64,000 bases of DNA. Origin: Cyanidioschyzon merolae (taxonomy: Eukaryota). Positions 53,010-64,000 of this stretch are shown here, one piece after another. The stretch lies in NCBI GenBank assembly GCA_000091205.1, contig AP006500.2; one strand, written 5' to 3'. Positions within the stretch are counted from its first letter, which is position 1, and every line of letters begins with the position of its first letter. A program made the translations under genes and the position numbers. Under the pieces are notes generated by a model, which made no database searches, had not been told where the DNA came from, and saw only the letters and a list, made by a program, of their open reading frames with translations.

Positions 53010-54881
53010 GTGTGCTTGGGGACACGCATTTTGTTTGGAGAAACTCCTTTGCCGTGGGCGCGTGAGCTTTTTGGGACTCTGAGAACCACAGCGGACTGGA
53101 GACGTCTAGTGAACCAAAGCTCAAAAAAGCCAATCGCTCAGGTTCTTCCTACGAGGAACGGCACCAAACCGTCTGCGAGCATGGTAGACCGTAGGATAGC
53201 TAATTCAGGCCAGGTGAGGGGCCTCTCTTCTTCACTTGAGAGCACTGGTTGGAAAGCGCTTTCGAAGAGAAAACTTTGTTTGGTTATTTTCATTCTGCTT
53301 CCCCTGCTTAACATAGTACAGACACGAATTTACTCTCGGGAGCAAGCGCACCACGTACCCGCGGCAAAGTCGCCGAGACATCACGACCTGTTGTCGCTAA
53401 GAGAAATACTGCATCTTCTTGAAAAACATGAAAAAGAAATCCATGAGAAACATAGAGCATCACGCGACACGGTAACCGTCGTTCTGAACGTGTTCCTTCG
53501 ACCGGGAGCATTCCGTCGCGTCCTCGATGGAATCGGAAGTCAGACTGCTCTGCAAAGCATCACTCATGTAAACGTTCTTGCCTTGGGGTCCCCATTCGTC
53601 CATCAGTATGGGAAGCTTCTTGAAGAGTACCGCAAGACTGCGAGTTGGACATCGGAGGTTTCTATTTCCCTCGTGACATCGGAGCCGACTTTCAACCCCG
53701 GTTATTTTGGACGTTTTCTGCTGTCGATGAATCTGAATACAACTTTCACGCTCATTTTAGATGATGACGTTGTGCTGGGAGCGCGATACCTGGAGCTGTG
53801 TCTGCGTTGGGCCCGCTCTATCGACAAACATGCTGTGCTTGGCCAGCGCGGGGCGCGATATTACAGAAACGAACTTCGAAAGCGCTCATTGTTTGGCCTT
53901 GGCAAGCGCCTTTCTCCGAATAAATATCATGATTTTTTCGGGGAACACGGCCTACTGCGGGACACTGATGTGCTCTTCTCCGCTTGGTTCTTGCGGACGA
54001 AGTGGATTCTCAAGATGTTCGCGGAGGAGCCCCTCACCTGGGCCACCGCCGAGGATATCCATTTAGGTATGTTGCTTCGTCAGCGCTTCGGCATAAGAAT
54101 GGTCGCCTTACCGGTAGATCCCCAGTTGCCAGAATTTCGACTCAATCATGACCAATCCCTGGAAATAACGAACCGTTCTTGGTCGGACGAGAATACAGCA
54201 CTGGTTCGCCTTCGTGATGCAGCGGTGGATATGTGGCTTTCGAGAGAGCTTCATGGTCAACTTTTGAATCCACTGCTATACTCCTGGACCAGAAAAGATG
54301 TTTTTTGGTACAGCATGCCTGTGAAACGAGGTGCAGGAGCGCTATCTGCCTACTCGTCATCCCAACGGAAGAATCGCAGCGGACGCCTACATGTTCTGTG
54401 GCGTCCCTTTGCCTGCAAACGGCTTCGTTTCGCTCCGAACGATTCTGTCCCAATGATATCGCTGCCATACTGTCGCCGCTTACGCTACCGACGACCTCGT
54501 ATCGGCATTGCAAAGTCATACTTCGGGCTCTGGAATAGCGGTTATTTAGCGGACTGCATGTTCTGGGGTGATCGAAATGGGGCTTCATACCATGAGTTTC
54601 TGGGCTATACCCTCGATATTCGAGGCCAAGATGAATGGATCCTAGACGGGATTTTGTATGGAAATACCTACGGCCGCGTTCGGCTCTGGGATGTCCGCCG
54701 GAACGCACTGATCATCGATGAATATCTCGAACAGAACGTAACCCTGCGACTGAAGCGCGTTACAGTTGTGCCACCGACGACCATTATAGCCCTCTTTTCA
54801 GAACGTCTGGATGACGGTGTACGAGCAGCACAGCGGAAATTGTTTGATGAAATTCGAATCTTACCGAAGGATGGCACGTAA
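53010..54881 (+). CDS. Type II membrane protein, putative GT-A-fold glycosyltransferase
   Basis: N-terminal signal-anchor (LCLVIFILLPLLNIV) after a short cytosolic segment, giving Golgi-type topology. Contains a DxD-like motif (TLILDDDVVLG). The likely start is the Met MVDRRIANSG at about 53177. The family is not assignable. Confidence 0.4.
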   Translation: MCLGTRILFGETPLPWARELFGTLRTTADWRRLVNQSSKKPIAQVLPTRNGTKPSASMVDRRIANSGQVRGLSSSLESTGWKALSKRKLCLVIFILLPLLNIVQTRIYSREQAHHVPAAKSPRHHDLLSLREILHLLEKHEKEIHEKHRASRDTVTVVLNVFLRPGAFRRVLDGIGSQTALQSITHVNVLALGSPFVHQYGKLLEEYRKTASWTSEVSISLVTSEPTFNPGYFGRFLLSMNLNTTFTLILDDDVVLGARYLELCLRWARSIDKHAVLGQRGARYYRNELRKRSLFGLGKRLSPNKYHDFFGEHGLLRDTDVLFSAWFLRTKWILKMFAEEPLTWATAEDIHLGMLLRQRFGIRMVALPVDPQLPEFRLNHDQSLEITNRSWSDENTALVRLRDAAVDMWLSRELHGQLLNPLLYSWTRKDVFWYSMPVKRGAGALSAYSSSQRKNRSGRLHVLWRPFACKRLRFAPNDSVPMISLPYCRRLRYRRPRIGIAKSYFGLWNSGYLADCMFWGDRNGASYHEFLGYTLDIRGQDEWILDGILYGNTYGRVRLWDVRRNALIIDEYLEQNVTLRLKRVTVVPPTTIIALFSERLDDGVRAAQRKLFDEIRILPKDGT

Positions 54882-57800
54882 CAGGACTTAGGAGAGCACT
54901 GTCCGAGAATGCTGATCAATTTTTGAATGGGCTCCAACTATGCAAAGGGATCATCATTGATCATTTTCATGCGAATTGCACATCTGAGCCTCGTGCAGAC
55001 CATAAACTCTCAAGCCGTTTCTGCGCCCATGCTAGAATGGCATGGAACGGGTCCTCTAAATAGGGTGGATACAATAACATTTGGATCGCTTCCCATTGTC
55101 GAGAGCATCAGCACGTGCTGGCTTTTGCAACCAATATTTCCTTTTCATCTCTCTTATATCTGGCTTCAAGTGCGCAAGTCTCTCCTTTCCTGTTGCTCGA
55201 TTGACAGCGATCGAAGGACTCTGATGGAACTCTTACATTCCGGATTTCTCCGCGTCTGGCTGCTTTTCACACATATCGCACTATGGCGGAACCTGCGATC
55301 TACGCCTCACCTGCCAGCATCATTTTCTTCGTATACGGCCTCGGTGCCCCGTCGCAGCCGCGATACTCGGCCCTGTAATCAGGAATTTCCATATGTCCTC
55401 CATTTCTCTTTATCCGGGAGCCGGCCAGTGGTGCATCAAGACCTGCTTCATGACACGCTATTTGCCTTTGACGGGTACACGAGGCTCCATTCGGTGATCT
55501 GCTCTGTTTTCCCGCCCGATGGCGCATCCTATGATGAAGGACTTATTGTGAGCGATCCCCTCGGCAACTGTTCTCTCCGCTGCAAATGCCACCGCATTCT
55601 CTTCACTCGATAGCTTTGCATCTTTTCCCATGCGCGCTCGTCGTTGAATAATTACTCTTCTCACAAAAGTGCAGACGTGCGTGGCTGGATGCGAAGTTTT
55701 GTAGCCACTCGTAACCATCTTGTGCCCACATATTCCATCTGCGTGCGTTCATACGGCAAAGGGTTCCCAAACTCCCTTCTGTTTCGCCCGCTCGCTCATC
55801 GCGCAATGCCCACATTCGTTCCCTACCAGTGAAACAAATATTGTGGGTACCCGAATAGAGCGTACGGATATGGTTAGAAGTCAGAGACTTCGAAATTTAT
55901 GGCCCCAGATCCTCTTCAGTTATGACGGGGAGGCTTCAGGGTCAGACCCTCTTTCGAGTCTCACGGAGGCGCAGAAATTATTATCCGCGCTCCCTCTGTC
56001 CAGGCCGATACGGATTATATCGGGGAACAAGTTCGCGAATCCATGTATTTGAATGCCCTTTGTTTCTCCGCGTTTTTGCCTTCTGAACAGTGTGTCTTTG
56101 AGGTCCGAGGGGGCCTTTAAGAGTGGGGGACATTCTGAATTGATGAGAATGCATAAATCGATGCCAAGGGACACGGAAAAGGACAATAAGTTTCCAAGCA
56201 GTCGTGCGACCACCCCGCTCCTCCGATTTTTCTTTCCCTTCGCATCTTTCTCTGCAATCCGTCGCTTTTCCTATTTCCAGGTGTTCTTGAGGGTCTCCGC
56301 AGCTCTGAGAGATAAGAATGTAGTTTGCTTGATGAACTTCATATCGTCCATCACGACCTTTGATTTTTTGACGCTCGTGTTCTGTATCGTCCCCTTCCGC
56401 TCCGCTCTCGCACGGGCGGTGCCTCCATAACGAGACGCAAATAGGGCTCCTCGAGGACTGGAAACTAGGAAGACAGAGATGCTTTTATATAAGGTGAAAA
56501 TTTCTTCCTCGTATCCTCTCAAACAGCACTAGAGACGCATAAGCGCCATCGCATTCTTGTGCAGGCTACTTCCGAGCTGTAAATCCATTTGCTTCTCGGC
56601 ACCTGGGCCTTGGGGAATACCGGACAGCGATTGATCATGCTCTCTATTCTCCGAGCCGATGAGTCTGGACGAAGCGCTGGTTATAAAGAGCTCCTTCTTA
56701 CTGTCCAGAGTCGTGACCAAGTCGTCAACCATATGTCTTTACGTTATCGCATGCTTGAGGTACTGGTAGAGATGGGCTCTGGCATGGTGCCGGATCATCG
56801 TGCATATCGACTCCCAAGTGCTTTACGAGTTATCCTGGCCGCTTTGAGTTACCAAGATACGAAGAGTTTCAAATGCTATGAATGCATTCAGCTGGGAAAC
56901 TGAAGTGCATTCAGCGTCGATGAACTCACGCAGCCGAGGAGATGGATCTTGTATGCACTCGTGGAGAATGGCAACTAAAAAGGCTGTCTGAGTCCATAGC
57001 GCCTCCCTGAAGTCGCCAAATTTTAGAAGGTCCTCAGCACTCTCGAGTTACACAGTCTTGATTGTGATTTAAGAGTACTGCGGGAGCTAGCTACAAATGA
57101 GAGAGGTTTTCCCGTATGCGAGCTATGCGTTTAGGCAGGAGAAAGTACGTTCTTAACATTCCCTTCAGACCGACGTGGATTAGAGCAGCAATGAGCGCAG
57201 CCGCTTGTGCGAGAGAACAGGCGGACCATAGGCTTCGTACATGAAGGTGCCCTGTCTGAGAGGGGTATATTTCTGGAGAACCGGTACGCACATCTTTTCA
57301 AAGCGCTCGAGGCTTGAATAATTGCTCTTCCAGAGCTTTCCCCGGCAGAACATATGTCCCTGTGCTGGGTGCTTCTTTTGATGAACACGCTTGAGATATA
57401 CGTTCCTCATGCCTTGTTCATCTTTTTCTGATACCGCCTTGGAAAGTCGCCATCCGCAAATGGGAAAGATTTAAGGAAAACAAGTGCCGAAGAACTTAGC
57501 GTGTTCAGTCGCGGAGCCCATAGCACCGAGCACCAGTTCGTGTCGAGAACAATCCGATTTTCTGAAGCTTGTATTTGTTTTCCTGAATCTTTTCTTCGCG
57601 GCCTTGAAGACGTCTTCAATCGGGTCGGGCCCTCTAGACTATGTGGCAGTGCATGAAATATCCAATCCTCTGTTCTCTGCTGTTTTCCAAACAGAGTAGG
57701 ATTTCAGAACGCGATGTTGTTCAGAGTGAAACGAGTATCGGAGGGAAAATCTAGGTTGCTGACAATGTCGACCAAGTTTGCTCCTTCCAGGCTCACTTTG

Positions 57801-58549
57801 TGCAAAGCGGAGACGTAGAATTCCATGGAAATGATTGCAGCAGTGATTGGAGTTCGAACCCAGCATCCGTTTCCATGCAAGCAGAACAGACGGGATCCTG
57901 TAACTGCACATCTCGTAAGAGTAACTGGGCCACATTTGAATGGCGTTTCACTGATGGTAATGAAGAGAGGTGGATTCGACGTGCAAAATGAATCAATCAT
58001 GTGAAGAGGTAATTTGATTGAATTTTCTGCATGAGCTTGTGAGCAAAACGTGAATGAACGACATCGAGTTTTTTACTCGTCTATCCATCAGAGCGAATCT
58101 TGTGCCCACGTGTAGCCCAGAAACAGAACTTTCGAGTTCTTGAACACTCCGGAATTCGAGCATCCTGGTCATAAGGGAAATAGAAGAGTGAAGGGATGCA
58201 CGTATGAACTGTTTCATGATTTCGTATATTTTACAGACCCTTGTTTTACGACATCGCGGTTCTGCTTAATTTCGGTCATTCAACGAATTGCACCGGTAAA
58301 AAGTGGAAGGAACCACTCCGGAAAGAAAATCGAGAACTCTTAAACTACGTATGAATCCGTAAAATTTTAGTCATGATATTCGAATGTCGACAATGTTCAC
58401 CTGAAACATTTTCGGAGAAAAACAAAAGGTATGAGCAGACCGAGCTGTTCAGTGTTCTGTTCTAACCTGACACTGGTGTATATGTATGTTCAGTAAAACA
58501 ATAAACTTTCAAGGACCCTAGAGTGTCTATACACACCCAATCACATACG

Positions 58550-59040
58550 CCTCCCAGCATGTTTTGGCCGGTCTCCTGCTATCGGCCTCAGTTTCTCTTT
58601 TTACACGTCGACCCTGAGAGGCTGTCCCACAAAGTTTGCCTGCGTCAGCTCTTCGCGTCTCGTCTTCAGCGCCACACATCGTCTGACATTGACGGCGGCG
58701 TCTTATTCTCGGCTTAGAAAATCCTTGGGTTTATGGCGATTGGTTGAGGTCACTACTGCAAGGAATCGCAGAACAAGCGCCCTCTGTGCCACTGTACTCT
58801 CGTTATCGTCTCTTCGGGCGAAAAACTTTTCTCGCCTGCCTCCTCTTTTCCTCATCCTCTTCGTCACTTGCTCGTCTTCACTCGATGGTCAGGGACGGGA
58901 GGATCTTGAAGCTTCTCCGACATCAGGCAATGACGGCCCTGCAAAATCCCTGACTTCCATATCCATACCTCTAACTTGGATTTTGTACTTTTTAAAAATG
59001 ACGTACTTCGAGCTCATTTGCTATAAACCGCGAAAAGGCA
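58550..59040 (-). mobile_element. Degraded Fanzor/TnpB-like 3' remnant
   Basis: Minus strand encodes DAAVNVRRCVALKTRREELTQANFVGQPLRVDV*. About 450 bp of DNA are similar to 42785-43230, for example ggccggtctcctgctatcgg // ggccggccccgtgccatcgg, and atccctgacttccatatccatacc…gattttgtactttttaaaaatgac // atccctgacagccgtatcaatgac…gattttgtatttttgaaaatgaac. Confidence 0.55.
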
Positions 59041-59149
59041 TTTAATTACACGCACATGAGGTCGATCACACTTGAGGTGAAAGAATATTCGGACCCGCCA
59101 CAAAGCGGATCGATTTTGTGATGAGCGCACTGGCAACACCGCAAGTGAC

Positions 59150-59320
59150 TTTCCGTCGACGACCATGGAGCATCTCCGACCGCCAGTGGATCGAAATCAC
59201 TCCGTCCAACAGGAACAACGTGGAATCTTGCTGCTCATTTTCAAGATACAGTTTGTCTTTGAGCTCAATCCGGCGAGGAGGAGGAGGATACTTCCAGCCT
59301 TCTCACTCTCAATGGCCGAG
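59150..59320 (-). mobile_element. Further short Fanzor-like remnant (pre-RuvC-III region)
   Basis: Minus strand gives IELKDKLYLENEQQDSTLFLLDGVISIH…, resembling RRKFEYYLYSEHERRQ… / …GLLALISTTSDG… of the other copies. The antisense ORF shows the same characteristic LILIAAFK…VFEL pattern seen antisense to copies 1 and 4. Weak. Confidence 0.3.
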
Positions 59321-59521
59321 AATCCGATCCCAACGATGGTGCCAAGCCTTTTTCCTATTCCTTCGAGGTCCTCTTCTAAACGAGTGCCGTACCGGAAACC
59401 TCGTCTCCCGTGTGAGGTTCGGTCGAGATCCGAATTGCAAAAAATCCTTGAAACAGTGGGCCGTTGCCTCTGGGTACCGCTCTCCCTACAAAATTCAGCT
59501 ATTCTGAATGGCAGGCAACAT

Positions 59522-60943
59522 TCAAATTATGCAGCCAAAACGCATATCATTTGTGAGATCGGCAATTGTTTCAATGCCGTTCATATGCCGCAGACGGTAC
59601 AGGTGATGCTGGCATGGCTCGTTACGCGGAACCTGGACGCAGTCACCACGCTCTGTGAGCACAAAGGGCCACGCTACCGATGTGCTCATCGCGTGAGCAC
59701 ACATGCCAAAAGTGGAACCCACGGACAGAATTCGGTAGTGGCAGCGACTCAGCAAAATCAGCTCCGCAGCCGCTATGACATGCTCACGAATATCTGCGGG
59801 AACATCGCGCGCATCAAGCTCGGGATCCAAAAAGTGGAAGTGTGGCGCTTTCTCTAATTTTTGTAACTCGCTGAGAAGGGGCGAGGAATCAGATGCGATG
59901 AATAAATACACACTACTAGGGCTGAGAAGGTCCTCCAAGTTGCTCTTCACCAAAGAGATACAGCGGAGCATTGAGTACAATCGGTGTCCCCGCAGGCGAT
60001 ATCGCCGCCAACGCGGTGCGGATGCCTCGCTCCGGATGTGCACCCCAACGATCTTTGCACCCGGCATGGGAGAGCTTGTGCAAAGCATGCCTGTGCGCGC
60101 ACAAAAATGGTCCAGAATATTCTGTACAAAAGCGTTCGGCATCCAAACTCCATTGGAGACGCTACGAAATGCGGCTGCGCCAAGCTTTTCACACAAGAGC
60201 GGTCGTATATGCCGGTTCAGATATAGAGCCGGCACAAACCATTGGTTGCTCTCCACATCTAGAAATGGAGGCCTGACTCCTCGCCGACCTCTGAACCACC
60301 AAGTCGGATTCTCTTCAGCGATCATCTTGTATGGCTGGTCATACCCGGGCGAGATCCGCTGCCAAATAGAATCATGTTCGCGAACCCGCAGCAAAGATCG
60401 TTCCGCACGCGGGAACAGCGACGCATTGTCAAAGCTTTTATTCCATAACGCGGCTGCTGTCCCTGGGGTGAAAGCGCGTGTGAAGCGCTCGCTGTCTATA
60501 AAGAACGGTCTGTCCAGCGCTACGGACAAAACGTAGGCGGAAGCAAGGCCGAGCAACAGGTTCCCCCAGCCACCACGCTCTTCTGTATCGCGGTAAACGA
60601 CAGCACTCTCAGGCAAGGAATACGCTGTGACTTCCTTGCTGACGCGATGCAGTCCAAGGTTGAAACTTCCGCGAGAGTTGTTCCTGAAACGCTCGGAACA
60701 GAAAGGTACTGGCCAGTTTGGAAACGCGAGGCTGAAATCATACGGAAACCCCTGATTTCGTGGAGCAATTGCACACGATCCATTTTCTCGGCCGAGCACA
60801 TATATAAGTAGGTAAAGCAATAAAGCTAGCACTCGTCCAACTCGCTTACGACACAGAGTTAACATACTGACCGTGGCAGCATATGCTGCAGCCAAGTACC
60901 CGAGTGAATTGGCGTAATGTGCAATATCTGATCCAGAGCACAT
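59522..60943 (-). CDS. Type II membrane protein, possible fucosyltransferase-family glycosyltransferase
   Basis: N-terminal signal anchor (VLALLLYLLIYVLG). Segments GGWGNLLLGLASAYVLSVALDRPFFID and KIVGVHIRSEA loosely resemble motifs of the GT11/GT23/GT37/GT65 fucosyltransferase clan (GxxGNQ…, VGVHVRRGD). The call is low-confidence. Confidence 0.35.
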   Translation of the reverse strand: MCSGSDIAHYANSLGYLAAAYAATVSMLTLCRKRVGRVLALLLYLLIYVLGRENGSCAIAPRNQGFPYDFSLAFPNWPVPFCSERFRNNSRGSFNLGLHRVSKEVTAYSLPESAVVYRDTEERGGWGNLLLGLASAYVLSVALDRPFFIDSERFTRAFTPGTAAALWNKSFDNASLFPRAERSLLRVREHDSIWQRISPGYDQPYKMIAEENPTWWFRGRRGVRPPFLDVESNQWFVPALYLNRHIRPLLCEKLGAAAFRSVSNGVWMPNAFVQNILDHFCARTGMLCTSSPMPGAKIVGVHIRSEASAPRWRRYRLRGHRLYSMLRCISLVKSNLEDLLSPSSVYLFIASDSSPLLSELQKLEKAPHFHFLDPELDARDVPADIREHVIAAAELILLSRCHYRILSVGSTFGMCAHAMSTSVAWPFVLTERGDCVQVPRNEPCQHHLYRLRHMNGIETIADLTNDMRFGCII

Positions 60944-62089
60944 TTCTACTCATCCAGGTTTCAAGCGGAAGATTGGCATGCGTTCAACGTTCCTCGCGCA
61001 GCATCCAGCAGATTCGATTCAAAGCCACGTTGGTTTTCTGGGGGAACTCGGGATCCAAAGAAAGACGTCAGAGCATGGAAGAATACGAAACTCTTCGATG
61101 CAGTTCACAATGCGCTGTGCAGACCAAAAATCGATACAACGGGAGCCTTTCCTGATAAACAGCAACAGTCGGTCCAAAATAAACCGAGGCGAAAGAGGAC
61201 CATATGCAGCGCCTACCCGATCTTAGAAGTTGCAGGTAAAGCACTCTCCGTGGGACGTGTTTTATGCTTGAAATCCAGGTTTGTATGGGGTCCATCAAAA
61301 CAACATGCATCGATCACATCCTTATCGATAGGAAGCGCCTGGCTGTTCAGAGCGAGCCAAACGCATTAGGAAAACAGGTAGATGGTCGATTGATCAGCCG
61401 GGGTATTACAGTGGCTCTAAAACTAATATTCTCTCGACTGCGGGGGTAACCCGCTCGCACGCGCCCCTACATGCAGGAGGCGCCAAGTGTTCAGTTCTAT
61501 GCGAATGATATTAACACTCTTCAGGTTGGATAGTACGAGAGCTTTTCTCGTTATTCGAAACATCTTGTAGAGTAACAGCACCAGCATAATCTTCATTCGA
61601 ATGCAGCAAGACTCGAGATTCAACAAAATGCCGTCTCGGGCAGCATCAGGATTTCAAAAAGATGCGCAATAAATTTGTAATGCTGCTCGATCGATGCATC
61701 GTATCGGAATCCATCGTATGCAATTCTTGTCGATACCCAGGTAAAAGATGATGAGAGACCTCCAGATGCCTTGAAGTCCCGCGAGTACCAGCACAGTGGT
61801 TCTGTCGGCGGGGATAGTGGTACCAGTCAAGTGACCTTTGCGGTGCCGCGAATAGCGGAAGGGCTCCTTGCAAAACTGTACGAGCCGCTGCCGCGGTCAC
61901 GCACAGCAGCCGAACGGCTTGGTCGTAAGGTTATGGGCGTCGGCTCGAAGCTTTCGATTATGGAGCGGACCTGTGCGCATTCCTATTGATAGAGTGCATG
62001 TATGGATGTGCGTTCAAGGCTGCCGATCCCCGCGTGGATGTGTCCACATGCTCATCGATGGTGTACATCCGAAACGCTCGGCCTCTTCG

Positions 62090-63085
62090 TCAGAGCATTT
62101 CATCTTGGGGCCGATTCGCCGTTCGAACCTCTCTCGCCCATTTTTCCCAGTATGCAAGGTCACCACCATAGACAGCATGAAGATACTGGGCTACGATTCC
62201 GGTATCGACACCCATGTCGTCAAAACTGTATCCTTGATGATTTCCGTCATGAGCGCTTTTCAGGAGTGCGTCGGGAGTAAGTCCCCAGGGGTTCCCGTTT
62301 GTATGTTTCGGGCGCGATGATTCGTTATTTCGGCAACATCTTACTTTGACTCGGAAAGCGCTCCCTCTAATTACGAAGTTCTCTGGATCGAGTGACTGTA
62401 CCTTCTGAGAGGCAGCAGTTTCTGCGAAGACAACGAAACCATAACCCTTCGAGAGCCCTGTATGGTGGTCGACAACCACTCGAACAGCTTCGAGTGATCC
62501 GAAGCGTGAAAAGAACGCGCGCAGATCGTCCTCAGTACAAGCCTGGGGAAGTCCCGACACGTAAACCCTTCGTGACGGCTTCTCGCCCAGCCCGGATGGC
62601 CCATACCGTTGCGCAGTGTCCACAACAGTGTTGGACTCAGGATCTTCAGCAGACTTTGGGACAGCAACTTTCGTTTCCACTAATCGTCCATCCAGTTCGT
62701 GACGCTCCAAGGACGCCACAGCTTGCGCCACTCCCTCTTCTTCGAAAGTTACAAAACCGAAGCCTCGAGGTTGCCCTGTTTCACGATTTCGCATCACCAC
62801 CGCATCAATAACTTTACCGAAGCGTTCAAAGTAAGCAACAAGAGACGCCTCATTGGTGTCCCATGAGAGGCCTCCAACAAAAACTTTGCGCCTTTTATCT
62901 TTTCTTTCCATACTTAAGTTTAGAACAAGGCAGAATGGAGGCCTTGATTCCGCTCTACTGCGATTCAGATTTCGAAGTGGCCTTGTCAACGCTGGACGTA
63001 TTCGAACTCCCGATATAATCCGAGCAGTGAATTCTGAAACACCAGTACTGCCACATACTGTATTGTTTGCTTCTCCTGCAGGCAT
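62090..63085 (-). CDS. RNA-binding protein with two RRM domains (hnRNP A/B, Musashi, DAZAP1-like)
   Basis: RRM1 has RNP2 KVFVGGL and RNP1 RGFGFVTF. RRM2 has RNP2 RVYVSGL and RNP1 KGYGFVVF. The likely start is the Met at MERKDKRRKVFVGG (about 62911). The upstream 5' part of the ORF is probably untranslated. Confidence 0.8.
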   Translation of the reverse strand: MPAGEANNTVCGSTGVSEFTARIISGVRIRPALTRPLRNLNRSRAESRPPFCLVLNLSMERKDKRRKVFVGGLSWDTNEASLVAYFERFGKVIDAVVMRNRETGQPRGFGFVTFEEEGVAQAVASLERHELDGRLVETKVAVPKSAEDPESNTVVDTAQRYGPSGLGEKPSRRVYVSGLPQACTEDDLRAFFSRFGSLEAVRVVVDHHTGLSKGYGFVVFAETAASQKVQSLDPENFVIRGSAFRVKVRCCRNNESSRPKHTNGNPWGLTPDALLKSAHDGNHQGYSFDDMGVDTGIVAQYLHAVYGGDLAYWEKWAREVRTANRPQDEML

Positions 63086-63228
63086 GCAAACAAAGCAATG
63101 TGTCGGTTAGAGTCTGGGAAAGCCTCGGAAAAGCTTTTTGCTGCCAGTGCTAGACTTCGAGAACGCGGCTTCTCGAGTCACTTGTCACATGGTCAACAGC
63201 AGGGTGAACCGCCTTTCTCAGTACGATG

Positions 63229-64000
63229 CACAGATGCTCAAAGAAACGGTATCAGAAAACCCACTGGATGCGAATTTTCCATACCCTTGATATGAGCCGT
63301 GGTGAAGCGACATGGATGGGCAAAGAGAAAAAAAGGTGCCTCCCCAGGAGACCGTCACGAGCTGGACATTTTCGATTCCGCATTGATAGGCGAACGCTTA
63401 TGACAGGAGCGACCGGTACTCGCCTCTCTCGGTAACAGCTCTTTCGTGAAAAACGGAGGATCTAACCGTGGATACGCAAAGCGGTGCGAAACGCCTCTCG
63501 TAAAGCCTCGACCGGTGAGCGTAGCGACGACAACATCAGCCCCAGCGGCGATTCAAGCATGTAGTCGCCTGAGTATCGGCAAACAGGCAGACTCAAGCAA
63601 CACGTCTGCCTCCCTTCTTCGAAGCACTCTGTGGCCTCTGCTTCTCGCGTTATTCTGTCCTGCGGGTAGGCCACGTTGCTTGCTGTGACGCAAAGGCGCT
63701 CCACGAGTGCGCAGCTGAGACGAGCGTTGAGCTGGTGTTCGCTTCAGCCTGGAAGTGCACGCTCAGTCCAGTTGGAAGCGTCTTCTCTGTCCTCCGTCGC
63801 CATGCTTTCCCTCAGGATGCGTTCCATAAAAACGTTCGGATGCGTGACGCTGTCCTTGGACAAGTCGTTTTCAGTCTTCGTCAGCGTTGAACGACTCTGG
63901 TGCTGAGCGGGTCGCCTGCGGGGAGGGATCGGTAAAGCGCGCCTCAGGCGTTTGGCACGCTCGCGGCTGAGAAGCTCGTGGAAAAGGCAGCTGCGGGATC
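63229..64000. repeat. 3.4-kb dispersed repeat R, copy 3 (lacks first ~300 bp; runs off window end)
   Basis: Matches 39346-40120 and 22063-22840 nearly base for base. Begins at cacagatgctcaaagaaacggtatc…. Confidence 0.9.

Noticed and set aside
1-64000. rRNA, tRNA and CRISPR arrays
   Set aside because: I scanned by eye for GGTTCGAnTCC-type B-boxes, for rRNA-like conserved cores and for regularly spaced short direct repeats and found none convincing. The only regular arrays are the (GCGT)n microsatellite and the 6x13-mer tandems. Absence is by eye only and a tRNAscan/Infernal run would be needed.
1-64000. Kinetoplastid-style polycistronic cluster or bacterial contig
   Set aside because: Gene strands alternate frequently (- + - - + - + - + - + + + - -). 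There are no operon-like overlaps or Shine-Dalgarno patterns, and the gene set is eukaryote-specific (USP7, CCDC6, HORMA, RRM hnRNP-like).

Overview
The window looks like GC-rich (~55%), intron-poor eukaryotic nuclear DNA with mixed-strand single-exon genes, so I rule out a bacterial operon or a kinetoplastid polycistron. I can support about 16 protein-coding genes: an SDR oxidoreductase; a DEVD-variant DEAD-box helicase; an unassigned 1211-aa protein; a CCDC6 homolog; a tail-anchored SNARE-like protein; a single-ORF enoyl-CoA hydratase / 3-hydroxyacyl-CoA dehydrogenase / thiolase fusion; a CPA1 Na+/H+ exchanger; a HORMA-like protein; a USP7-type MATH-domain ubiquitin hydrolase; an ABC ATPase; an organelle-type TsaE; two type-II-membrane glycosyltransferase-like proteins; and a 2xRRM RNA-binding protein. 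The most notable content is mobile and repeat DNA. (1) A decaying family of eukaryotic TnpB/Fanzor-like RuvC nuclease genes. The most complete copy is at 9334-11419 on the minus strand. It carries a RuvC-I GxDPG motif, a TS-plus-zinc-finger segment and a RuvC-III RDFNAAINV motif, interrupted by one in-frame TAG and at least one frameshift. Four further 3' remnants sit at 42785-43230, 45367-45745, 58550-59040 and 59150-59320, and the 45367-45745 remnant lies immediately downstream of and co-linear with a frameshifted Tc1/mariner-type DDE transposase remnant. The 3' ~150-200 nt of these copies are conserved at the DNA level, which fits an omega-RNA/right-end module. (2) A 3.4-kb dispersed repeat with no intact ORF is present in three direct copies; the third is truncated and runs off the window end. 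(3) A ~1.4-kb repeat family forms a near-perfect inverted pair around the tsaE gene, with a diverged third copy, a partial fourth copy and an embedded 6x tandem 13-mer. I recognised no rRNA, tRNA or CRISPR array.
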